Source of the DNA: Podarcis gaigeae | Taxonomy: Eukaryota | Direction: 5' to 3' (one strand) | Assembly: GCA_964106915.2 (NCBI GenBank) | Contig: OZ066918.1 | Length of the DNA stretch: 64,000 nt | Part shown: positions 22,426-64,000 of the stretch, piece after piece | Numbering within the stretch: position 1 is the stretch's first letter | Layout of the letters: every line of letters begins with the position of its first letter | Notes under the pieces: model-generated | Told to the model about the DNA's origin: nothing | The model's input: only the letters and a program-made list of their open reading frames with translations | The model's database searches: none | Translations under genes and position numbers: made by a program

Positions 22426-24732
22426 AACATGCACAGGATTGCATCCTTAAGAGCATCAAAATATTTTCAGTCATTTATCTGAATTTTGGTTTTCTGTGGC
22501 AAAAAAGCGTTTAAATATTTGAAGATGGCTAATATCTCTCCTCTCATTCTCATTATCAGGCAAAACATACCTAAGTCCTTCAGCTGCCATCCAAGTGGTG
22601 GCAGCTGTGGTCAGAATTGCCTGTGCTTGTGTCCTATCTACACCCTTGCTGCAGCTGGTACAAAATGCAGTGGCCAGTGTGGTTTTTGGCATTAACAGCC
22701 CTTTTCTTTCAAGACACAGAAAGAACAGGGCTAGTGGAAGAAAAGTATAGATTCCTACAAAATAGGTAATGGACCACAGTCCTGATTCTACAGATCTTTC
22801 TTGCAGTATATTTTGTTTGAAATATATGGGCTTCACTTCCTATGCTTTCAAATGAAAATGAACTTTCAAAGCTTGTGGGGGCAGGGGCAGATATAATTCT
22901 AATTCACCAATTAAAAAAAAGTTTACTACCAAGAGTAGGCGGCTCACAGGCAAATACTTCAAGTACAGCACTAACTGAATTGACATTCTTCCTTCTGAAA
23001 TTTTATTGTATCTCTGCCTAGAGATAAAAGAAACCACATCCCAACCCTTAAAATAGCACTTTCAAGGGGCCAGAACTCGTGCTTTGGTAAGAAGCTTTTC
23101 TAAAGAAAACAAATAGTAACACCTTAGCAAGAATAAAAAATGTGTGCTCCAGAAGAAATCAGTAGCATCAATTTCCAAAGAGATTATTTAGAATCTTAAG
23201 ATCCAACAGTATTCCTATGTTCCACTGATTTAAATGAAAGTAGGATAAAGGAAAAGTTGTTCTTACCATGAATGGTATTTCACTGAGGATGTAAAGAGGG
23301 CTCCAAGCAGATTGCGTTGCCTGCCCTGCAGCTTGGAGGCAGGAAATGCCTATATGAGTTTTCTGCTCTCTTCCTGTTGAGGCTCAGTCCTATTTCTTGA
23401 ACAGCTCAGGAGAAAACAAAACTCAACAGCACAAAATGTGATAAAATGTGTACAAAATAGGAAACAACCAGAAAAAGTGGGAGAAAAACCATTCTGGAAA
23501 CCAACAAAATCCACAAGGACTAACACAACGGAATATGTATTACTTTCCCATGCTGAGCCTGAGGGCTCAGTGAGGAAAGTGCCTGTCGTTCACCGGGCAT
23601 GGATTGCATCTCCTCAGGAACGGCCGCCATTATGCTTGCCCGTTTCTTCGCTCCTTGCTGCCTCCAGATGTTGTAGTCTCAGATCTGGTTGGTTTAGGAC
23701 TCAATGAAGCAGCAGAGGATGATATCCCCCGTTTCCCTCCCAGCCGCAACTCACCAGAACTCCATTTCAGCCCCTCTCAGGTAGGCACTATTGCCAATAT
23801 AAGAGAACAAGGGAGGTGTTCGTGGTGAGTCCAGCACCTCTTTTTCTAGAAAATTAACACTGGGTGTCCCTTGCACAGGACTCAAAGGAAGAGGCTGCAC
23901 TTGCAAGGGCCCTCCCTGGGATCTTCAGAAATAGCGGCCCCCTGGATGCTTGCTGCAGCTACTGCCAAATGTGGCCCCAACCCCAAAACTCGGCTCCCCC
24001 CCCCCCTTCAAAGAAGTAGGCCGGAACTGTAGGGGTTTGTCTGTCTTCCCCATAATGAGAAAGTGGAAAATCCTAGCCTCACAGCTCAGGATGGAGCTTA
24101 GAAAGGGAGGGAAAGAAAAAAAGTCAGGAAACAGTGAGGAAAGGTGAGGGAATTTTTCCTTTTTCTTTTTTACACAGTAAGAGAAAAAGAGAAGAAGAGC
24201 AGCTGTAGAAAACAAATAAGAACAAAAGACTCAATATAAAAAGGAGAAAAAACAACAGGTTGGCTATAAAGGAAAAGCCTTAAAGATTCCAAACAGAATG
24301 TTTCTCCGAGTTGAGACAGGAAATGGACTGAGCCTCAACACAAAGAGAGCAGAAAAGTTTTCTGTAGAAGTTTTGGGCATTTCCTGCCTCCAAGCTGCAG
24401 CAACACAATCTGCTTGGAGACCTCTTCCATCCATAGGTGACAGGAACTGCAAACTGACCTTAGGTGGTATGATTCTTGCAACTGACAAGCTAAAATAAAG
24501 AAAGTGATTCAGTAAAAAGTTTTCTCCTTTGACATAATCAGCTTAGCTCAGAATTATGAGGGTTTTTTGGTGCCCTTGTAGTAAGTAGAGCAACAAAACT
24601 GAGCTTCAATATTAATGGCAGTGTATTTTCCTTCATTAGATTATCTGTGAAGGAAGCCATTTCTCACGTCATCAAATCAAAGCCATATCTTGATATCATT
24701 TTCAATAAACTCCACTGTGTACCTCCATAGGG

Positions 24733-24738
<6 letters not shown>

Positions 24739-24783
<45 letters not shown>

Positions 24784-24807
24784 AATAATAATAATAATAA
24801 TAATAAT
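24739..24807. repeat. (ATT)n(AAT)n palindromic microsatellite
   Basis: Direct observation. Confidence 0.95.
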
Positions 24808-24921
24808 TTATTATTTGTACCCCGCCCATCTGGCTGGGTTTCCCCAGCCACTCTGGGCGGCTTCCAACAGAGATGAAAAATACACTAAAATGTCACATAT
24901 TAAAAACTTCCCTGAACAGGG
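24781..24921 (-). mobile_element. L2 3'-terminal fragment (same family as 31092)
   Basis: Reverse complement matches ~31969-32106. Confidence 0.85.
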
Positions 24922-25744
24922 AAACCAATCAGGTGCAGGTGCTCAAAGTTTCAGCCAGGAGGGGGAGCCAAACACAAAACAAAAATGCAACTTTTTTGTA
25001 CAATTAAACCTGCTTTTATAATGGTGGGGAACTTGGTGGCACAAAGGGCAGACCCCTCTCATGGGGCCTCTCTAATTAATGCATTATCTGACTGCCAGCC
25101 TTTACCCTGTCAATTTGTGGCTAGGTTCAGACATCACATACACACAGCATGGTTTGACTCTCCCTTTGTTTGTAGAGTCCCTTTTATATTCTAATTTCCT
25201 CCTGCAGGACCTGGTTATCCCTGGTTTCCAGGAATAACCAAATTGGATAAAATGCAACAAATGTACTGTATATACAAATCAAGTTGCTTCTAGATCAATT
25301 TCCGGTATATAGTAACCATAGCACCACTGATTTTGATGTCATGGAAACCTAGGATTACCATGAATTGGAAAATAAAGAGAGAACCAGAGTATGCAAGTAC
25401 AAGGGGAAAAACACACGCACATTTCTGACAGTTGAACCATGGTTTGGCACCTGACCCTAACATCATGTGTCATGACACCGGGAACCATGTTGGGATAATA
25501 AAGGTCTGATTTTGTAGCATGTGAAACATGCAAAGAAATGAACACTTTATATGCAACACAGGGCAATGATGATGGAAGAATGCCACCAGGCAATTATCAA
25601 TATAGGAAGAAACCGAGTTCTGGTGCTCATTTTGGTTCTGGTACCCCAAGAAACAGCAACACCACAGAATCCTTTCAGACTAGCACACAACACACACAAC
25701 TCCCCAAAGGAATCCACAAACTTGAGATTTTTAAAGAGTTTTTT

Positions 25745-27455
25745 AAACAGATAGAAACAGTATTTAATGTTATAATCAATACTAGTTATTTCGTAAAGGT
25801 GACTTTAAAAAAAAGTAAAGGCTTTTGAAAACTTTCCCACCAAAACAATTCAGAATAAACAGATTTCAGAACTTTGTAAAGAGCAAAATGCCACATTCTA
25901 GGTGATGTATATGCGAATGTACAACCTGGTACACAATACATATTTATAAAATAAAATGTGAAGTATTAAGGCTAGCTATGAAATATTTGTTAGGTAGATT
26001 ATGATTAAAGGAAAACAAAATTTAACTGAAACATGCATCTTCAAAGTATGTTTACTATACTGTCACAATTAAACAATCTGATCTGATAAGATCAACCACA
26101 GTATCTGGATTCAGTAGCCAAAGTATTGAGCACACTTGATTAAAGTACTATATATTTTTATAATCTGCTTCCTTCACATGCAGGAATGCTGCTGACATAA
26201 TATAAAATTTGTAAGAAATTGGACAGTATTCACATTTAATGAAAAGACTGCAAATGTGAAAACTTACAATTGATTATTCAAAGCTGCCTACTAAAAGATT
26301 AGGCTGCGAAAAAACAGGAAGCAACCAACATTTATATTACAAATCTAACTTTGGCATATCAAAAGGACAGTCTACAATACTGTTTTTGATATGACTCAGA
26401 TCTGAAGCCTGAAAAGACAGCAGCTGCTGTTTAATGCAGGCACATCTCCTGCCAACAACATGATAAATATTTCTATACCACCCCCACAGCAAATAAGTTA
26501 TAATACAACTATGAATTTTAGAAATAAAACCATTTAACTTTAGTTACTTCATGGTAAAACAATGAAGCAGATTAAACGTTTGTCTATACATGTAACTTAA
26601 ATCCTTCTATAGATCAACATACATTTTGAAAGAAAACATGCCTTGCAATCCAGTCATCAGCATTGATTTGTACGAACGGGGACAGTCACAGCCATTTTCT
26701 GCTCTGGAGTTTCAAAACTGCTACTTTGAGTAAGGAGAGAATCCATTCAGTTCACGTTTCTCTAATTGTGGGAGTGAGAATGGGGGTGCAATTTTTGCAC
26801 ACTTTTTCTTGAGAAATAAATGATATTGTTTTATTTCAGTTTGTAGAGGAATAAGGTGTATATTTTAAAGTAGACAGGAGTACTCTTTTTTAAACTTTTA
26901 CATATTTTAGTGCAAGGATTTGACAAAAATTGTGGCAGCGGCAAGCATTTCTGTTACAGTAATATCAGTAACGAGGGCTTCTTTAGTGATAAAGAAACAT
27001 GATCCTCTTTAAAAAACAAAAACCCAGCATGTTTACAGGTTTCAGGCACTGAATGAGGCTAGTGACCCATTTCCTCACGAGGTAATGGGCATAACACAAC
27101 AAATATTTGGTTAAATGAGTAGTAGTATATCTGCCTAAGAATCCTCTACAATTATTCCTGGGGCATTGCAGATTATCTTTAATAGTTTAGGCTTGCTTTC
27201 CAGTGCCAACACAGTTGGATACATTTTTTTCAGTCCAGTTTTCAAATGGCTATCCTTGAAATACATGAAATATATCATATTGGATTTCAAGACCAACATT
27301 TGTGCTTCTATATCTGATATCACTGATTGTCTCCACTGAAGGTGGATGGAGTTCCACTGAGGTTCTTGGATGCAGAGTTTAGATTTCATTGTGACAGAAG
27401 CTGAAGAGGAGAAGCTGAAAGACGCACCCAAAGCCACCTCACAGAGGCTCCAAAT
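25745..27455 (-). other. SLK: SLK 3' UTR; candidate poly(A) signal ATTAAA at 25763-25768 (distal AATAAA at 23002-23007)
   Basis: AT-rich, TE-free stretch after the stop; end point inferred. Confidence 0.5.
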
Positions 27456-58737
<31,282 letters not shown>

Positions 58738-59321
58738 TTAACATTGTAAAATGTCTATGTTTTAATTGCCCTCTAATTCATTGTCTCATCTCTCATCCAG
58801 CTTTTACTGTTACTGGACTCTTTGGGGAGTGGGGAAAACAGTCTACAAGTTGATTCCTTCCTGCATTACTAAAGCACCTGCCCCCGGTATGAAGGCAACA
58901 AAAAGAAGGGGAGGGTGATAAACAACGGAAAACTTTAAGGTAATATTACACACTGCTTAAGTCTTCCACATCTGAATGTGGAGGTATGTTCTTGTTTCTG
59001 GTTAATCCTAGACAAATTGCATATGGAAGTAGCAACCCACATAATATGTAAGACCTAAGACACAAAGTACACCTTTGTCTCCTGTAGAGGTTTAAACATA
59101 TCCACAAGTAAAATGACACACAAGGTGAAGGCAAAACTCTGAACTACAGTAGTGTGATGTTCTACATCACTGATAAACACACACACAGAGACACAAGTTG
59201 CCAAATACAGGCCAGGAAACAAGTCAACAAAGTTGTGAGGATACAACCAGGAAGAAATACCACCAATAAAATCAGAAATATTCAACTTCTTGGGGGTTTT
59301 TTTTGGTTAGGGGGTGGATAT

Positions 59322-59862
59322 TGAGATTTCACCCCTCCCATATCCAAGAATCTCCTGATGAGTCTGCTGATTCTCCAGAGAGAAAGAGGTGTGTTCTGCT
59401 CTCTACTTATTCTACTCCAGCACCAAGTCAGTCAGTCAGTCAGTCAGTCAGTCAGTCAGTCAGTCAGTACTGAATGTTAGAGATCGTGTGTATAGATAAG
59501 GTTGCTGCTAAGAGCAGCTGCAGACACTCAGTGTAGTGTAGCATTCTTTATGCTTAGAGAACCCATTAAGCTCTGTATATAGTTGTATAGTAGTTGTAGA
59601 TAGAATAAAGAAGATATTCTACAGAGCTGCTCTCCGAGTCATTTATATACTCTGCTAGACTCTGCTATACTCTGCTGTGCGACGACTGTCTTCTTGTGGA
59701 AGTGAATCCGGTGCTCACAACTCTAAGCTGTGAGTCCACAGCACTTTGACCTGTTCCTGTCCAGAAGGTGGTCTCTGGAAGTGCTACCCAGCTCGCCTAG
59801 CCCAGTCAGGGCTGAAGTGCATGAGTCCAGTTGGTGGTACTGGCTCAAGGGCGATGCTGACA
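59322..59862 (+). mobile_element. Solo LTR (541 bp)
   Basis: TG...CA termini, 5-bp TSD GATAT (59317-59321 and 59863-59867), TATA-like at 59491, AATAAA at 59604, internal (CAGT)n. Confidence 0.75.
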
Positions 59863-60781
59863 GATATTGTAAAGCATGATGGCCTTAACATGGTGTCAGG
59901 CTAAATGCAGCGTTTCATTGTGCGTTCTGTGGGCTTTGGCTTCATCTGTCTTCATGGCTATTATATGCCTCTACTGTTTTGAGTGCCGTTTCCATATCAA
60001 CCACCTCAGCATTAGCAACAGACTACCCAGCATATTTGTTGCGGTTCTTTTCCTTCCTCCCAGACATGGTTACTTACAACCCACAAAGTTATATATACAA
60101 AACTGGCAACAACCTGAAGCATTTAAAGCAGTTTGGATTTCTTTCATCTCATGTATTAATTTGCCTATGGAGGGCATTAAGCCAAAGTGTCCTAGAATTC
60201 CTTTTGGAAAGATTTATTGACATATTTTACCTTGCCATATCCTTGATTATTATGGAAGTGAATTTTCCACTCCTCTCCCCTATCTTTGCATGTAAATTTT
60301 CTGAATATGACAATGTTAGTCTTTTATATTGACTTGTTTATTAGTGTGCATATTTATGTATATATTTAAAACAAATACACACTTGTCTGGTTAAGCATAT
60401 TATTTCTCTCACATTTCCAGTAGTTCCATGGGCCTTATTCACATTTTCTAAGCTAAAATGAAACACACCTCATTTTTACCTTTTATAACAAGGAAATCAG
60501 TGAAACAAACAAAAGTTGTACATTTGCAAGAGCTGTCAAAACAGCAGCAAATGATTCAGAGTGGAAGCTGCAGGTTCACCTTTAAATGTGAACATCAGTT
60601 GCAAAGTTAAGGGTTTGGAGAGCAGGAGTGTTGGAAAGACTAACTGGGCTGTGAGTTTGGATGGATGGAAAACTATTTATTTACTTATTTGCTTACTTGC
60701 TTGTTTGGCACCCAGGGCAGATGTCCTGTCACAACCCTGGCCTATTGTGACATGGAACAGATCAACCACCAAAGCAAAATT

Positions 60782-61232
60782 CCATATTTCCCCGTGTATT
60801 AGATGAGGTTTTTAACTCAAAAATCATGTCAAAAAACTGGGGTTGTCATATACACAGATAGTGGCGGCGGGGGGGGGGGGGGAGCTGCGCGCTGCTAGCC
60901 AGCCAGCTGATTGGTGGGCGTGCAACTCCCCCCCCATGCCGCTGTGGGAGGCACGTGCTCAGGAGAACATTTCCCGCAGCTGCATTGAGGGGAAGCTGTG
61001 TGTGCCAGCCAGCTCCCTCTAGGGAGCTTCCTGCCCACAGTGGCATGGGGGGAGCAGCTGCCCACTTTGCTAACCCCCAGCAACAGCCCTGCTGGGGTGA
61101 TGGCACGAGTGCAATTTCCCTTTTAAAAAGCTCAACAACTTTGGGCCATCTCCCCTCATTTTCTTTAAAGTTAGTCCCCCAAAATATGGGGCATCTTATA
61201 CATGCAGTCATCTTATACATGGAAAAATACGG
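60782..61232. mobile_element. Non-autonomous mariner-type element related to 28583
   Basis: CCATATTTCCCCGTGTATTAGA ... TCTTATACATGGAAAAATACGG-TA. Confidence 0.7.
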
Positions 61233-61264
61233 TAACGTGGAAAAGGAGACGTAGTAATTCCACA

Positions 61265-62000
61265 CACTTAACATAAGTCAACTGTGTGATGCAGTAGCAG
61301 CGAAAGGGGTGGGGTGGTGGGGTAAGGTAATGCTATTCCAGGCTGTATCAACAGAAGTATAGTGTCCAGATCAAGGGAATTCAAGCCTTATTCTGCCTTG
61401 GTCAGACCACACCACAATTTAAAAAGGATATTGGCAAGCTGGAACGTGTGCAAAGGAGGGCAACCAAGAAGATCAAGGGTCTGGAAACCAAGCCTTATGA
61501 GGAATGGTTGAAGGAGCTGGGTATGTTTAGCCAAGAAAAGAGACTGAGAGGAGATATGATAGCCCTTGAGATATTTCAAGGTGGCTATCACATGGAAGAG
61601 GGAACAAGCTTGCTTTCTCCTGCTCTAGAGAAATGGCTTCAAGTTACAAGAAAGGAGATTCCAACTAAAATTCAGAAAGACCTTTCTGATGGTAAGAGTT
61701 GTTCGACAGTGGAACAGTGGTGATGGGCTCTCCTTCATTTGATGTTTTAAGCACTGGTTGTATGGCCATCTGTCATGAAGAAGAAGAGGAGTTTGGATTT
61801 GATATCCCACTTTATCACTACCCGAAGGAGTTTCAAAGCGGCTAACACGCTCCTTTCCCTTCCTTCCCCACAACAAACACTCTGTGAGGTGAGTAGGGCT
61901 GAGAGACTTCAAAGAAGTGTGACTAGCCCAAGGTCACCCAGCAGCTGCATGAATGTTAGTTGAGATTCCTGCATTGCAAGAGATTGAACTATGGGTCATT
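61265..62000 (+). mobile_element. Degraded CR1 3' fragment
   Basis: VQRRATKKIKGLETKPYEEWLKELGMFSQEKRLRGDMI, typical of the CR1 ORF2 end. Confidence 0.85.
61777..61950 (-). mobile_element. MIR/Ther1-like SINE 3' fragment inside the CR1
   Basis: GTGACTAGCCCAAGGTCACCCAGC core-like segment, (CTT)n tail on minus, CATGAA on both flanks. Confidence 0.55.
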
Positions 62001-64000
62001 TTCAATTGTACAGTTCTATAGTAGCATTACCTTAAGTCCCCTGTGGCTGGAAGATGCTGCCCACAGAAAGGAACAAACTATTTAGTATGCCTGCAAGAAG
62101 CAAATCTGCAGCTTGACTTCTATCACTTCAATTTGTAATGCTCATTTTATTTTTTTGTAGTGGTCTGTATAACTGCATTGGTAATTTAATTTTTGGGAGG
62201 AGATATCGCAGAAACCATAGTTCAGAGATGCTGGACTTTTTTAAAAAAAGAAAAACATCTTAATTTACTGTATTAGTTGATCTTCAATGGCTGTTCAATG
62301 TGGTTTGTGCATGAATCATTCCAGATTGTAAGTGGGCCTCCCTAAATAACTGCAAATGCTTTACTGAGCGAATGACATACTCACAATGCAGCTTCAAAGT
62401 ATTGGGAAAGGAAGTGAAGCACCAAACCAAATACTCCACTCATATTAGATTTTTGTTACTGTGATGGAGTCCAGATTTTGCTTTTGTAAGCTATGGCCAG
62501 TATTTTTGCTGGCCTAATAACCAACCCAGGTGTCATGTAATACTACTGATCTATATCAGGAATGGTGAATATTTTTTATATCATCATACACACATACTCA
62601 TAGAAGGGTCTAGATGAAAGTTTCCTACCCCTGTTCTATATGTGGGGAAACCCATCATTATAAGCTACTGAAAATAAACCAGCATATCTAAAGACCATAG
62701 CCTTAAGGGCCAGTATTTGTTTTCTGTGGAGAATTGCTTTCTGTTCAGTCACACTGGCAGTGACCTTCCAAGATCTGTCTTTCCAACCCAGCCACCCGCT
62801 AAGATACTTTAAACTGGAGGTGTGTAGGACCTAACTTGGGACCGTCCACATGTAAAGCATGACAAAGCAATAATCTCTTCATTTTAGGATTTTTTTCAGA
62901 TCTTCCTGTTTTCCGAAACATTTTCAAGCACTCAAGAACATCTATCAAGTCTAGAGTCTTGTACCTTAGAGATCAGACATGGGGACAGTGAATGCAAATC
63001 ATATTTGTGTTATGCCACAAAAGTAAATCTGTGTACAGATAATTGTGTAGTACGGTCTCCACTAAATGATTATGGAGGTTAAACTGTGAATACAGTTGCA
63101 GAAAAGCTTGAGGAATGAAACAAAACTCCGTTGTTTTTCTTCCATAGTTTCACTGAACTATGAAGTAGTAACTAGCATCAATATAAATGTAGAAGTGAAT
63201 GTTATCAGTGATAAAAAATGACTAGGCTAACTTCCAACAGTTTCCGCAAGCATATTATACAACTTTTTAAGTTGTCACTTTATTCCTCTCACATTCTAAC
63301 TCTCAGTTTACCAGCAGGACCATCTCACATGCTTTCCTCATTAATAGGCCAACAAACAAGTAACAAAACTGCATGACTAGCTTTCAAGTACTACTTGTAA
63401 AAGAGGCTTTATACAAGAATGTGTACTAGGCAAACACATTTATCACACAGTGATTCATTTTTCCTTCCACAGAATTAAAATCAACTTTGAAAGCTGGGAA
63501 ACAACAAAATGAAGCAGGGTCTAATTTGAAAACTGCATTGATGTTTAATAAGTGTCAAGACTTTAATTTATAAAGTTACAAGTACGTAGCATAGTTCATG
63601 GCACAAAATCATAAGCATATATTTTAATTATGTATGTATTTATAGTCTGCTTTCGTAAATGTTTATCAAGGCAACATACAACATGCAAAAGGAAAATTAA
63701 TTCAGTAAAGCATCAATAAAACACCACTAAAACACCAGTAAATATTAGGTTATAAGAATTTTTTTTTTGTAGTAAACATCTATCTAAACAGTTTTCATAC
63801 AGCATTTATCTCCCTTGACTGGCCTATCTGAAGTTAGATGAATTTGAAAACATTCCATTATTTCCAAATAGTAAAAATACAGTATTACAAGTCTGTTGAG
63901 CTTAATAGGACCACAGATTGAATGCTACAGACCCGATGTAAGAGCACCTTTATTAAAGCTGCTGTTGGCAGAACAGAACACAATTATACACAGAATTGAG

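Noticed and set aside
21590-25745. Possible overlap of the COL17A1 and SLK 3' UTRs, or a third gene between them
   Set aside because: The candidate poly(A) signals do not cross, and the short ORFs here lack coherent splice structure or recognisable domains.
59356-59385. CTGATGA...GAAA hammerhead-like core
   Set aside because: No stem II pairing between the two motifs.

Overview
Vertebrate genomic DNA from a squamate reptile; Sauria SINEs and a young L2 family suggest a lizard, probably a lacertid. The window holds two convergent spliced genes in the same tail-to-tail order as human chr10. On the + strand is the 3' part of COL17A1 (collagen XVII/BP180; 20 phase-1 exons, 164-19726). On the - strand are exons 2-19 of the kinase SLK (27456-58632); exon 1 lies beyond the window. 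Introns and the intergenic region are rich in TEs: Sauria SINEs, Tc1/mariner- and hAT-type MITEs, L2, CR1 and RTE fragments, and a solo LTR. Most ORFs in the track are spurious. I see no evidence of a wholly new multi-gene system. The best leads are (1) a candidate 17-nt poison microexon with an RBFOX motif cluster near SLK's regulated cassette exon, (2) apparent loss of five COL17A1 ectodomain exons plus a Gly/Ser/Tyr repeat expansion, (3) a triple-nested retroposon whose SINE carries ~245 nt of extra 5' sequence inside its TSD, and (4) a GC-AG intron, a strong CTCF motif and a solo LTR in SLK. Comparisons with human and chicken proteins are from memory and need checking by alignment.
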